A stretch of 64,000 bases of DNA, taken from the NCBI GenBank assembly GCA_951406725.2, contig OX597817.1:133238001-133302000 (forward strand), written 5' to 3'. Position numbers and translations under genes: made by a program. Shown in pieces: positions 26,301 to 41,300 of this stretch. Source of the DNA: Octopus vulgaris. Its lineage: Eukaryota. Each line of letters begins with the position of its first letter. The first letter of the stretch is position 1. Under the pieces are notes generated by a model. That model searched no databases. It had not been told where the DNA came from and worked only from the letters and a program-made list of their open reading frames with translations.

Positions 26301-27954
26301 TGCTCCATCATGATACAGCTTTTACTGTTTCATCCCTTTTCCAACACTGTTCCCATTCACTCCACTCATACCCTCCTCGCTATTCACATTTCACCCACAA
26401 ATCTACGCACATGCTCTCAACACACCAACACTCCTCCCTTCCACTACCTTCCTCATAGCTTCACACCTTTTCCCATATACACCTGCACTTACACCTTATT
26501 TATTTCTTCAACCATGTTGCCACCTTACCACACACACACACACACACACACGTACAACTTTAAGCTCACTCACATACACGCATATGCCATCTTGATAAAA
26601 AAAACGCACATACTCACACACTCTACTCTTCGCACACTTATACACGCACACCACCATTCATCCACCATTCTGTTTTTAATACATACACATACCGACACTC
26701 TTCACACAGACTGACACTCCGATCACGCCCTCCCCTCCTTCACTTATGTCTACAGATACATACACACACACTAGTACAAGGAAACACACACATCCACTCA
26801 AACACGTACACGTACACCCATACATACAGATACACTTGCACACACACCTGTTCTTCACTCCTTCCACACTGCTTTCCTCGACATCTGGTACCACCCTGTC
26901 CCTACCTCCTCACTAATCATTTCTTCGTTGCCGTCATTGATGCTTTGACTTAGCAAAACACACACGAAGCACATTACTTTACCTATTGCTTACCGCCCTT
27001 TACTCTCCACTCTTCTTTACCAAAAACATTGTTCCACATCGTGTGCTTTAAGCTAACTCTTTTACGCCATGCATTCCTGCTCATAACTGTTCAACATAGC
27101 TAAGTCTCTTCGGCGCACTTTACCAGGTTCTCCTAACTGCAATCATCTCTCCTCCTTATGGAGACTACTAATTCTTTACCTTCCGTTAGACATTCTGCCA
27201 TACTTCTCCGGACTTTTTTTTAGCTAGCTTTGTACCCTTAAAAATATTGATTTTCCTAGTTTTTCTTTTTCACAGAATATCTAATACGCTTTCTCTCTTT
27301 TGCTTCGTTCAGTTTTAACTTTTCTTCTATGTAAAAATATTTCACACATATGTCCTTGCACACACGTTTGTCACACCCTTCACATCCCTCTTACATTCTC
27401 ATTTACCTCACCTACAAATTTTTACTAGTTTCTCACTATCTTGTCGACATTCATTTATATTTCTCTTGACTTTTTCCAGTGTTTTGCAGTTTTTAAATTA
27501 TCTTTAACTTCTCTTCTCTCACAAAATTTACACACTTCCTCTCACTTTTCGCCTATTATAGTTCCAACTTTTCTTTCGTCTAAAAGCGTTTCATACTCAT
27601 ATACTCACACACACATCTATTACACTCTCTACATTGAACTTTCCTTCTGTTTGCCGCTCACTCGTGCCCACTCCATTCTCTTCATATACCCGTTTTCTTC
27701 ACACACACTTTAAAATTACACACACGCGAACAATTCAAGCCTCTACTGAATTATTTCATTTATAATTACACATTTTCACACATCTACACACAGACTAACA
27801 TTTCACGACACCACACACACCACTTACCCCGTATACTCCTTTCAGACACGAGCAAACCAACCTTTCCTCTCTTCTTAAATCCCTCCCCTACAAAAGCACA
27901 TACCCACCTTGCTCCAGACCCTCTCGTCCGGTTTTCTTTCTTTCACGATTTTCT

Positions 27955-27995
27955 TTCCTTTTGGTGACGGATTGAAATCCGAAACGTTTACACCC
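27955..27995 (+). ncRNA. Degenerate hammerhead-like motif
   Basis: TTGGTGA (decayed CTGATGA), stem GGAT-TGAA-ATCC, then GAAACGTT; downstream of the Penelope remnant on the same strand. Confidence 0.3.
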
Positions 27996-29089
27996 TCCCC
28001 TTTTTTCTCTTATAAGCGTTAAGCTAAAACCGTACTTGCTAAACCTTATCTCTCTTGTATAGCTTTTATATATTAATAATTGCATTCGAACTATATACAT
28101 ATATGTGTGTGCATGTGTGAGTTTGTGAGTTTGTGTTTGTGCGTGCGTACATGTGTTTGTGTGCATGTGTGTATTCGTGTGTGCATGCGTATGTGTGCGT
28201 ATGCGAAATGGAAAAGGTTCAGTTATAGAGAGTGTATGTGAGTGGGGAGGATTGAAAATAACGAAGAACAAACGATATTTGAGTTAATGTGGGCTGTGCA
28301 CGCGCATTAAAATATTGTCGCAGAGGAAGAAATAGTTGGAAAGAGACATTTTAATAAATATGTAACGCGAAAAGTATACTTGCAAATATTTGTAAGATCA
28401 CGAAATAAAAAAAAAATTTAAATGTGGAAATGTAAAACAAAAACAAAATAGCAAAACGTAAAGAAAATAAAACAAAGAGAAAAGAAATTTAAAAGATTTA
28501 TTTTGTTAGAAGAAAACTAAATAAAGTGTGCGAAATTGTGTAATTGCATGATTCATTGAGTTAAAACAGAACAGTGTAGGATATATGAAAACATCTGAGG
28601 AATTAAATTGGCTGCTTGAGAAAAGAGAGGGAACTGGGAGGAAAATATTTGTTATCTCTTGCGATAAAAGATTGAAATTTGAAGGGAGGTAACAGAAGAA
28701 ATGTAGTCGCATGAATATTAAATTTAGAAAACCTGCTAAGAATCAAACTACTTTCGTTCGATCATGGAGAATCAAAATTCTACTACTCCGTCATGGAGAA
28801 AATATGAAGATATATGGAGACTGGAAGAAAGAGTCGTGTCAATCGTTTCATTGCACTGCATAGAGGGAAATTATGTTATATCTTATGTGTATGTGTAACT
28901 ACAAGCGTGTGTGTGTGTGTGTTTGAGTTTATATCTATGTATGTGTGTATATATATATATATATATACATACAGACAAATATATTTACACGGCTGTTTAA
29001 AAGTATTTATATTGATATATATACATATGTCTATGCTTGCCTCACAACATACATTCATACGCAAGGATATACGTATATGCTTACAATCC

Positions 29090-29290
<201 letters not shown>

Positions 29291-29323
29291 CAATATGTGT
29301 ATGTACACATGAATTCAGACTTG

Positions 29324-29378
<55 letters not shown>

Positions 29379-29554
29379 TGCATTTTACATGTCTTAACGT
29401 GCATGTAAATTTTAGTGTAGACTATACACACGCATACATTTATACATATGCATGATATATACATAAACATATATATATATATACGTGTACACACACACGC
29501 ACAACCATATATAACGAAGTCATTTGTACATCGATGTATAGTACATATATGTAT

Positions 29555-29600
<46 letters not shown>

Positions 29601-30748
29601 GTGTGTGTGGGTGTACATATATATATATATATATATATATGCATACACACACACATATATATTAGTGAGTGATGTCCACATAGGTAAATGCCAGCGATGT
29701 GTACGACTGCTAGTTGTCATAAAATAAATGGATACAATACCACAATCATTGTTAGGAATTAAATTACAGTTTGTCTGAATAATCTAGTTTTCTTTGACTC
29801 TTCTTCTTCTTCTTCTTCGTTTTTCTCTACTCTTAAACTTAGAATCCTCACAAGACCTTTTGTAGTCGACTCCAACAGGCAGATTGTGGTGCAGCAGACA
29901 CTCACTCGCTTGTACAACATTTTCTCTCTTGATTTTAGTGTTGTTGATATCATTGCTGTTTCTGCTGTTGTTGTTGTTGTTACTGTTGTTGCTGTTGTTG
30001 TTTTGGCGGTGGTCGTGGGAGGCGGTTAGAATATTCTTTTTTACTTTATCCGTTTCCTCTTTTGGGCATAGTCATCCAGAGTAAAGAAGAACGCAATGAG
30101 GCATATGGGACTCAGATTGAAAAGTATGCATCACGTGGTACTTGTACGCTTAGAAATTATTCCTCTAATTTATCTTTTTGCGACGAAATTTAATTACTTC
30201 TTCCGCTTTTGCAATAAAACTAACAGGACATGGGGTTTGGGTTACGAGAGATTCGCCTTAGCCACACTCTGATCGGATTAATCGCGTGGTTTACTTCGGA
30301 AACCAATCAAAAGAAGCGAGGCAACAGAGTGTGTCCCAAGAAGTGCCTGTATACAAAAGTAAAAGTCGATAGTTCTGTGTTCAGAGTTCTGCAAAATTTT
30401 ATTAACTGCTTGAAAAATTTGATCTTGTTTGGCCATATTGTTTTCTATATGAAAAACAATTAATAACGAAAAAGCGCTGCAAACTTCCAGTGTTTCGATG
30501 TAAAAGCTGGTTTAAAACATTGACCAAAAGAGACGGTTCAAACAAATCTGAATATCTTTTTTTTTTTCTTTTTTTTGCCATTTTTTTCTTTCCGGCTTTC
30601 TTCCTTTCTTTCTTTCTTTTGTGATTTCTTTCCTTCTTTTTCTTTTTGCCTTTCTTTTTTTTCTTTCTTCGACTCCCACCCCGTCTTCTGTTTTCTTGTT
30701 CTATTTTTCGTTTCTCGACACACATTCAAATATATGTATGTATATAGA

Positions 30749-30824
<76 letters not shown>

Positions 30825-30840
30825 TATATCCATATATACA

Positions 30841-30890
<50 letters not shown>

Positions 30891-31029
30891 TGTATGTATA
30901 CATAGACATGTGTGTGTGCCTGTATGTACATTTCATTATATTACCAACATCATAAAAGTCTCTCTATTCACTCTCTCTCTCTCTCTCTCTCTCTCTTCAT
31001 TTCATTTACACTTTCTATCTTTACTTCCT

Positions 31030-31067
<38 letters not shown>

Positions 31068-31133
31068 TCCCATCTGCTCTCTGTCACCGCCAACCTCTCT
31101 CGCTCTCCCACGCCCTATCTTTCCCACAATCTG

Positions 31134-31179
<46 letters not shown>

Positions 31180-31896
31180 ACCCCTCTCTTTCCTCAGTGA
31201 TGTAATTTTAGCAACCATTCTTCCGTGTCATTCAATGAATACTTCCACTATTTACCATTTTTCCGCTCCTTTGTCGTCTCCCTTTCCTTCTGTTTCACAA
31301 TGCACTGCCACCTATGGTACAATTTAATTTATTTTAATTCCTTGTTAACTTCTTTGCAAGATTAGGAAAGAATCATGTGGACCTAATACGATTTCCTTCC
31401 GCCAAAGTTGCTCTACTTTTCGAATCACTTTTTCCTCTGTATCTTTCACATTTTTCTGTCTTTTCTTGTATATTTCCTTCTTCTACCTTCCTTTCTTTCT
31501 TTATTCCTGCTTTTCTTTCATTCCGTCCTTCATTCTTTCTTTCATTCTTTATCTTAGCCCCTCCTCATTTTCACATAAAAATCAGTTGTTGAGAAGTAAG
31601 CCAGATTTACACATACATAATTATGAGTACAGATTCGATCGCACAGACACAGACACACACGCACGCACACATACACAAACACACACACACACACAAACAT
31701 ACGCACGCACACATGCGCACACACACACACACACATATATACATATGACTCACACGTATGTATATGTGTATAATCTCTGTAATATCTACGTTTGTGTATG
31801 TGTACGTGTGTGTTTTCTGTGTAATCTGTATATCATATATTCATATACACATGCATACACATGTATACATGCATATATGACTCACACCTGTATGTA

Positions 31897-31993
<97 letters not shown>

Positions 31994-32124
31994 CTTCCGT
32001 GTATGTGTGTGTGTGTATTCATTTAGTGTTGACTATCTTAAAAAAGAGTACTCAATACCATGTGTCTTTAAATTTTTTAATTGTTTCAGCTGCGGTCGTG
32101 CTGGGACACCACTGTTGACCGTGC

Positions 32125-32960
32125 TACACCATTATCTGAAACCTCCTCTGATATGTGAAATTTGGTGAATGAGGGAGTTTGATGCCGCTGTCCTCATCTG
32201 TGTTTCCTGCCGTGAGGTAGGTTCATCTGGAACTCTTGCAAGGAGGAGATCCAGTTTTGTCTTGAAGTTCACTACATCCACACCATGCAGGTCCCTCAAG
32301 CATGCAGGTCCCTCATGCAGGTCCCTCAAGAAAGGTAGTGAAGAGCTGTGGCTTCTTGGAACCCAATCTGCTGCAGGATCTGGTCCTGTATTTTGATGAA
32401 GATGCAAGGATCTTTGGCACTATGCAGTGGCGGCCCATTCTGCTGTTTGGCACGAGGTCTTCAGGCATTTCCTAGATGTATATCACTGCATATCTTTCCA
32501 GCCTTCGTTCTAGGGAGAAGAGTTTTAATTCTTTCAGTCTTTCCCAGTAGCTGATACGTTGCATTGAGACGTTTTATCTTTTTGTAGTTTCGTTGGATTG
32601 CCTCGAGTTCAACCGTTAATTTTATATTGTGTGATCATAATTGGGGGCAGTAGTCCAAGCGGCTGAGGACGTATGCCTTTCAAAGGACCATCATTGTCTC
32701 GTTTTCACTTGTTTTGAAAGGTCAGAGGATCCATTCAGCTAGCCGTCTGCATTTTACTACCAAATTGTTAATATGCACCTAGAAAGTGACATGAGCATCA
32801 TTGCTCACGTCAATGCCCAAGTTACGCACTGATTTTGATTCAGGGATTTTAATTCCTCTCGGGCCAGTGTATCCTGTCTGCATGATGTTCAGCTTTGTAT
32901 ACAGGTAACACAGAACTTGGAATTTTCCTGCATTAAACCGAATGTTGTTATTCTCAGCTC
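32125..32960 (-). mobile_element. CR1/L2-type LINE 3' fragment
   Basis: C-terminal NFKTKLDLLLARVPDEPT; upstream RLDYCPQL and NNIRFNAGKFQ motifs on the minus strand. Confidence 0.7.
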
Positions 32961-33113
32961 ACATGTATATGACGTCCAACTCCCATAGCAGATGTGTAAT
33001 ATTTCCAGGATTTTGTATTGTCTGAGACAATAAGTATACAAGACTTTTCTCAAGTTCCAAGTGGCAAATATACTTCACTATATATATATGTATGTATATA
33101 CATATATATACAT

Positions 33114-33196
<83 letters not shown>

Positions 33197-33198
<2 letters not shown>

Positions 33199-33500
33199 CA
33201 TCGTCATTGTTTAACGTCTGCTTTCCATGCTGGCATGGGTTGGACGGTCTGAGTAAGGTCTGGAAAGCCAGCAGGTGCACCAGGCTCCAGTCTGATCTGG
33301 TAATGTTTCTACAGTTGGATGCCCTTCCTAACGCCAACCACTCCGAGAGTGCAGTGGATGCCTTTTACGTGCCACCGGCACATGCGCCAGTCAGGCGGCA
33401 CTTGCTTCGATCATGTTCGGATAGTACTTTTTATATGCCACCACCACGGAAGCCAGTCAGGAGGCACTGGCATCGACCACGTTCAGATGGTACTTTTTAG
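33197..33500 (-). mobile_element. SINE-like repeat with (TGA)n tail and internal ~67-bp tandem unit
   Basis: GGTTGGCGTTAGGAAGGGCATCC core on the minus strand; two copies of GCCACC..GCCAGTCAGG..GTTC.GAT.GTACTTTTTA. Confidence 0.6.
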
Positions 33501-33974
33501 GTATACATACATATATATCTATATATGTAAAATTAATGGTGTGAAACTGAGTAATACCATTTGATTGAGGATTAATGAAGACTTAGAGACCTTTTGTGTC
33601 CGTCTCCTGTCCAGTTGTACACTCAGTATACGACATACGTCTTTTACCTATCGTTTGTTTATTTATTATACATTTTTTCACTTTTCATCTGTGTATGTAT
33701 GTATGTATGTATGTATGTATGTATGTATGCATGTATACATGCATACATGCATGTATGTATGTATGTATGTATGTATGTATGTATGTATGTATGTATGTAT
33801 GTATGTATGTATGTATGTATGTATGTATGTATGTATGCATGTATGTCATATTGAACCGCTGAACTCTACAAGCTTTTTTTTTCATTCTCTCTCTGTTTAT
33901 TTTATTTTATTCTTTCTGTTGAAGATCGTAGGCTCGAAACGTAAAAGACTTCATTTTTCCCGAGCCTCAAATTA

Positions 33975-34310
33975 ATCATCATCATCATTGTTCGGCCGTG
34001 GTCGAGACAATGGAATTTACTATGTTACACCAGACTTCACGGTCCATCATAGCATTACGGAGGTCCTGTTGCTGGATGCCTGTATCCCTGGAGATTACAT
34101 CAGGGTAGGAGAGTGTGCGCCCGCTGGTATCGCGAGCAGATGGCTTCCAGAGAATTGCTTCGTTTTCAGCTCTACAACAATATCCAGCAAACTGGACTCT
34201 TCTCCCTTTCACAAGAGATGATACAGGTGGTAATTTCCCATATATTTGTACTTTGGTTGGATGACGCTCCCACGAGAGATTTTGAGCTCTCATAAGGAGG
34301 CGAGTGTAAG
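33975..34310 (-). mobile_element. RTE-clade LINE 3' end
   Basis: YTRLLMRAQNLSW..IYGKLPPVSSLVKGRRVQFAGYC.R..LWKP..YPDVISRDTG..MMDREVW; ends in a (TGA)n tail. Confidence 0.85.
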
Positions 34311-34399
34311 TTAAAATTAATATATTTGCTTGTTGTTCATACACCTATCTTCGTCTTTTGTTTTTCTATAAATCTCAACTATGTATGTATGCCTATATA

Positions 34400-34625
34400 A
34401 TCGGGTATTTAAATAGTAAAAACAGCATGGTAGAGTCGGTGATAGCGCACCTGTGCACCGACCATCTACACTGACACACACGCACTTAACTAAAGTAAAT
34501 ACGGATTTGTCCTTCCAGTTATGCGTACATTCACAAGTAACTGACAGAATACACAATGTATCATCAAAGTCATTCAAGCGTACACTCCTGCCGAAATCAG
34601 GTCGGTTGTGTCATCTGACACTATG
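34400..34625 (+). repeat. Unclassified dispersed repeat (second copy at 49735-49940)
   Basis: Shared GTATTTAAATAGTAAAA..GGTAGAGTCG..AATACGGATTTGTC..TCACAAGTA.CTGACAGAATACACAA..TCAAAGTC. Confidence 0.7.
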
Positions 34626-35829
34626 TTCTGTTTTGCAAGAAGTTCTGATTGTTAATTCTTACCTGTATTCACCTGATGGGAACGGTATTTTTGAATGCAA
34701 TGTAACTATTACAGTATTTATGATGGAGATTGTTGTGTTGTTGCGTTATGAAAACACTGAGTCATTTTTTTTTTAAGGATCTCGATCCTTTGTGCTTTTT
34801 TGAAAGTTATGGCTTTACTCTCTTTACTAATATACGAATGTATCACGTGGAGGCTTGTTGGTTGACTTTTATCATTTTTGTAGGAAGTGAATGACATTTT
34901 GTGAAGGAAACATTTTGGATTTTGAAGGACATGGGTGAGGTATATGGAAAGACGCCTCGTTTAGCCGTCTTTTATATATGAGAGTAAAGAACACTTCATT
35001 TCAAGTATAGCTCGTCGTGCAATCTGTCAAAATATTTTTCTGATGGTTGACTTTGTAATGTTGCGATGGTAAAAGAAGACTTGAATTGGTGACAATGAGA
35101 AACAATGTGTTGCAATGTGTTATCTCCTTCCCGAGTTATATAGACTGATAGGGGCCGGTCTCTATGGCGTACATATTCCCCCTGGACTGGACGCCAGTCT
35201 GCCGCACGATTACTCACTTTTGCCAGCTAAAGCAAGCATAGAATGCAGTAAAATGTTCATAGCAATCGCGTAAGCGCGCACATCCATGCATACACATGTG
35301 CGCCCGAAAACCTACGTATATGTGCCTATATGTATATATTCATCCACCCCCCACTTGAAACACACACATATGCTCACCCATGCATTCGCCAAAAAAATAT
35401 TTACATACCCACAAACACGCTCGCACACACACGCGCGCACAAAAAAGGTTCATACACACGTCTATATACGCACATGCACAAGAAAAAACAGGACTAAAGG
35501 CAAAATACAGAAAAAAGTGTAAAAAAGTGTAAAAAATAATCAATACGAATAAAAAGTAAAAGGACTCCTTCCCCTTACTTAGAGGTCATTCTAGTAGCTC
35601 TTTTGTCTTAATAACGGTCAATCACACAGTAATTTCCCTTTGTTTAACGGTCGTTTTCATAGCATTTATTATGACCCAGTAACTGAAGAGATGGCGGCGT
35701 GGATTTCCATCCCGACATCCGAAACTCGGAGTTTTATCATGGCTACCGAATAATTGTCACATATTATACTTACAGATATATATATGTATGTATGTATGTA
35801 TATATGTATGTGTGTGAGAGATAGAGAGA

Positions 35830-36025
35830 GATTTTGTCTGTGTTTGTCTCCTCTAAAACAGCTTGACAACCGATGTTGGCATGTTTACGTCCCCGCAACT
35901 TAGCTATTCGACAAAAGGGACTGACATTATAAGTACCAGATTAAGATAAACAAAGCATAAAATATTCTTCAGGTGGTGCTCCAGCATGGGCATATTCTAA
36001 TGATTGATACAAGTAAAAGATAGAA
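35830..36025 (+). mobile_element. SINE family B 3' half
   Basis: GCTTGACAACCGATGTTGGCATGTTTACGTCCCCG..GGTGCTCCAGCATGG..ACAAGTAAAAGA. Confidence 0.7.
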
Positions 36026-36499
36026 TATAAGAGCTATAGCTATTGGTCAAGCACATGCTTTAGCAGAAAACACAGTTTTGTTCAAGAATCCAATCAGAAA
36101 CCACATGGCTTTGAAGCGAACTTCTTAACGGCAAGTGTACGTCTATTGTTTAAGGCGGGGAGGGGGTAAAGGGAAAGAGAAGAGGGAAAGAGAAGAATGT
36201 GGAGGAGAAGGAGGAGGAGGAGAAGAAGGAAGTGGGAGGAGGCACAGTTTATCTTGTGTAAATGACAAATGATTGAATTGATTGTGTTATCTGGCAATGC
36301 AGTTCTAAATTTTAAATTACATATGCAAGGACAAAGGTTACCATATGTTACAGCTATGAGCATTATAGATTAAGATGGCTGTGCGTATGGGTGTATGTGC
36401 ATATAGGTACAAGTGTGTGTGAGTGTGTCTCAGTGTGTGTGTGTGCACGTACGTATTTGTATCTGCGCGTATATTTGAGCAAACGTGTGTGTATTTATG

Positions 36500-36593
<94 letters not shown>

Positions 36594-36810
36594 GATGCGA
36601 TGTGATTAGGTTTGCAAATGTATATTATAATGTGTGTAAATATCGGCTGGGAATGCATTGGGGAATGTATGTATGATATCTGACTGCATGTGGAATTATG
36701 TAAATGTCAGTGTTTATACGGGTTAATACGTTTATTTAAACATACACACAACAGTCTACGAATAACGAACCACAACATGCATAAATGCAAGTTTACACAC
36801 ACAAACAGAA

Positions 36811-36856
<46 letters not shown>

Positions 36857-38107
36857 ACATTCTGTTCAAAGTTATTAAATATACGCAAATACCCTCAGTG
36901 ATACATGTGTGAGTACACACACACACACACACGCGCGCGCGCGCACACACACATGTAAACGTATATACATACATAAATATGAATACACACACATACACGC
37001 ACACATATATATATACATACATATATACATGCAAACAGATATATGCGTGTATATATGCATATGTGAACATATGTAAGTTTAAGTTGTTAAGGGCACGAGT
37101 GCGTTTCACAAATATGGTCATACAGATACCAGTAATTACATTAATTGGGTGGTTTACAAACACTGCAAATACACATACACACACATATATATAAACACTG
37201 CTCTTTCTTTCTCCCCCTCTCTCTCTCTCTATATATATGTATATGTATATATAATATACATTCATATGTATAGACATAAGCATACGTACATAAATATGTA
37301 TGTATATATTTATGTATCCATACATACACACAAACACGCACACATACACATACATACATACATATATATATATATATATGTATGTATATATATTTATATA
37401 TACATACATATATATAATCATATATCTATTTGTGAATATACAGTATGTCTAGATTCATATACATACTGTATTTAGATACCTAAATGCAGATTTGCAATTC
37501 ATATATATACACACACACATACAATCACACACGCAAACTCACGCACACACACACACACTCAGACATAGCCGTATATGTAAGTGTATGTGTATCTACATGC
37601 ATATACATATAGATAAATAAACACAAATTTGCACACCATGTGTGTATGTGTGTGTGTGTGTTCGTGTGTGTGTATTTACATATAGATCTGTAAATACAAA
37701 TTCACACATGGTAAATGAGCTTTGATAAATGATTATTGTAGTTGTACGACGAGAAGTGTTTGAAGTGCCACATAACCACATATATATCTATTGTACTTGA
37801 CGTCTTTGACAGTTTAATTATTGGAGAAGATATACCAATGTATTAAAACGGATCATCATTTCAGAACAACTGAAATAAATATTAATTTATTGATTACACT
37901 GTTTAAATCTTTTAACATTGAACAGGTTCTTGCTGATGATGTAAACGTCAAAAACGTGGCTATTCTGAAGCAGCACAGAATGGTGTTGAATAGCTGTCTT
38001 GTCTATCAGGTATGTATTAACCAGCTTGTAAGATGTCAAAGAAATCAAACAGCGCAAAGGAATGTGAATGTTTGCCTCTACGTACGTACGTACATACATA
38101 CTTACAT

Positions 38108-38320
38108 AATAAGTTTGCAATTCAAGAACAGGAAATTGTGACAAAGTACCTGGTGAACAAGAGAGACAGTGACGCACTTCTAATCCCAAGGTGCAACCGC
38201 ATGTGTAGACTATGTCGTGTTTCTGTAGAAGAGATCACGCATGTGATTAGCAGCTGTCCTAAAATGTCGTCACGGTACTACCTCCCCTATGCGGCACGAT
38301 GTTGTTGCTAAAACAATGCA
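38108..38320 (+). mobile_element. R4/Dong-type LINE fragment (CCHC-RHD)
   Basis: FAIQEQEI..CRLCRVSVEEITHVISSCP..YYLP then, after a frameshift, RHDVVAKTM. Confidence 0.75.
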
Positions 38321-38324
38321 ATCC

Positions 38325-41300
38325 GCAGAAATTACCAGGCAGTTTTCGACCAAATTTCATGGAGGTTAGAAAATCCTCGGAACATCCCAGTCAGATTTCG
38401 AGCAAATTTCCCGGAAGTTAGACAATCGTCGGAACTTCCCAAGAACATCCCAATAACTTTCGACCAAATATCCCGGAACTTAGAATATCCTCCGAAATTT
38501 CAAGATGCTTTTCGACGAAATTTCCCGGAAGTTAGAAAATCATCGGAACTTTCCAGAAAGTTTTCGACTAAATTTCCGGGAAGTCAGAATATCTTCGGAA
38601 CTTTCCAGAAACTTTTCGACCAAATTTCCCGGAAGTTAGAATATCATCTTAACTTCCCAGGCAGTTATCGACCAAATTTCCTGGAAGTCAGAATACCCTC
38701 GGAACATTCCAGAAACTTTTCGACCAAATTTCCCGGAAGTTAGAATATCCTCGGAACTTTCCAGAAACTTTTCGACCAAATTTCCCGGAAGCTAGAAAAT
38801 CCTCGAAACTTTCCATAAGCTTTTCGACCAAGGCAGTTTTCGATCAAATTTCCTACAAGTTAGAAAATCATCGGAACATCCCAGAAAATTTTCGACCAAA
38901 TTTCCCGGATGTTGGAAAATCCTTGGAACTTTCCAGAAACTTTTCCACCAAATTTCCCGGAAGTTAGAATATCCTCGGAACTTCCCAGGCAGTTGGAAAA
39001 TACTCGGAATTTTCCAGAAAGTTTTCAACCAACTTTCTTGGAAGTTAGAATATCCTCGGAACTTACCAGAAACTTTTCGACCAAATTTCTCAGAAGTTAG
39101 AAAATCCTCGGAACATCCCAGAAAATTTTCGACCAAATTTCCCGGAAGTTGAAAAATCCTTGGAACTTTCCCAGAAGCTTTTCCACTAAATTTCCCGGAA
39201 GTTAGAATATCCCCGGAACTTCCCAGGCAGTTGGAAAATACTCGGAATTTTCCAGAAAGTTTTCAACGAACTTTCTTGGAAGTTAGAATATCCTCGGAAC
39301 TTACCAGAAACTTTTCGACCAAATTTCTCAGAAGTTAGAAAATCCTCGGAACTTGCCAGGCAGATTTCGACCATGTTAGAAAATCCTCGGAACATCCCAG
39401 TCAGTTTTCGAGCAAATTTCCCGGAAGTTAGACAATCCTCGGAACTTCCCAAGAACATCCCAAAAAATTTTCGACCAAATTTCCCGAAATTTCAAGATGC
39501 TTTTCGACGAAATTTCCCGGAAGTTAGAAAATCCTCGGAACTTTCCATAAAGTTTTCGACAAAATTTCCGGGAAGGCAGAATATCCTCGGAACTTTCCAG
39601 AAACTTTTCGACCAAATTTCCCGGAAGTTAGAATATCATCTTAACTTCCCAGGCAATTTTCGACCAAATTTCCTGAAAATCAGAATATCCTCGGAACATT
39701 CCAGAAACTTTTCGACCAAATTTCCCGGAAGTTAGAATATCCTCTGAACTTTCCAGAAACTTTTCGACCAAATTTCTCGGAAGCTAGAAAATCCTCGAAA
39801 CTTTCCATAAGCTTTTCGACCAAGGCAGTTTTAGATCAAATTTCCTAGAAGTTAGAAAATCCTCGGAACATCCTAGAAAATTTTCGACCAAATTTCCAGG
39901 AAGTTGGAAAATCCTTGGAACTTTCCAGAAACTTTTCCACCAAATTTCCCGGAAGTTAGAATATCCTCGGAACTTCCCAGGCAGTTGGAAAATACTCGGA
40001 ATTTTCCAGAAAATTTTCAACCAACTTTCTTGGAAGTTAGACCAAATTACGATCAAATTTCCCGGCAGGTAGAAAATCCTCGGAATTTTCCAGAAAATTT
40101 TCGACCAAATTTCTGAGATGTTAGAATGTCCTCGGAACTTTCCAGAAACTTTTCGACCAAATTTCTCAGCAGTTAGAAAATCCTCGGAACTTCCCAGGCA
40201 GATTTCGACCATGTTTCACGGCAGTTAGAAAATCCTCGGAATTTTCCAGAAAATTTTCGACCAAATTTCTCAGAAATTAGAAAATCTTCAGAACTTCCCA
40301 TGCAGTTTTGGACCAAATTGCCTAGAAGTTAGAAAATCGTCGGATCATCCCAGACCAAATTTCCCGGAAGTTAGAATACCCTCGGAACTTTCCAGGCAGT
40401 TTTCGACCAAATTTACCGGAGCTTAGAAAATCCTCAGGACTTCCCAGGCAGTTTTCGACCAAATTTCCCGGCAGTTAGAAAATCCTCGGAATTTTCTAGA
40501 ATATTTTCGACCAAATTTCCCGGAAGTTAGAAAATCCTCGGAACTTCCCAGGCAGTTTTCGACCAAATTTCCCGAAGGTTAGAAAATCCTCGGTACTTTC
40601 CACGCAGTTTTCCACCAAATTTACCGGAAATTAGAAAATCCTCTGTACTTCCTATGATGTTTTCGACCAAATTTCCCGCAAGTTAGAATATCCTCGGAAC
40701 TTTCCAGTAAATTTTTGACAAAATTTCTCAAAAGTTAGTAAATCCTCGGAACTTCCCAGGCAGATTTCGGCCATGTTTCCCGGAAGTTAGAAAATCCTTG
40801 GAACTTCCCAGACAGTTTTCTACCAAATTTCATGGAAGTTAGAAAATCTTCGGAATTTCCAAGGCAGTTTTCGATCAAATTTCCTAGGAGTTAGAAAATC
40901 CTCGGAACATCCCAGAAACATTTCGACCAAATTTCTTGGAAGTTGGAAAACTCTCGCAACTTTCCAGAAACTTTTCGACCAAATTTCCCGGAAGTTAAAA
41001 ATCCTCGGAACTTTCCAGGCAGTTTTCGACCAAATTTCCCGAAGGTTAGAAAATCCTCGGAACTTCCCATGCAGTTTTCCACCAAATTTACCGGAAATTA
41101 GAAAATCCTCGGTACTTCCTAGGATGTTTTCGACCAAATTTCCCGGAAGTTAGAAAATCCTCGGAACTTTCCAGAAACTTGTCGACCAAATTTCTTGGAA
41201 GTTAGAACATCCTCGGAATTTTCCAGAAACTTTTCGATCAAATTTCCCGGAAGTTAGAAAATCGTCGGAACTTCCCCGGGTGTTTTCGACCAAATCTTCC

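Noticed and set aside
32284-32330. CATGCAGGTCCCTC triple repeat as a regulatory array
   Set aside because: A local slippage duplication inside a dead CR1 fragment.
37821-38010. Candidate exon with CAG|GTATGT donor
   Set aside because: No convincing acceptor or recognisable peptide; could be chance.
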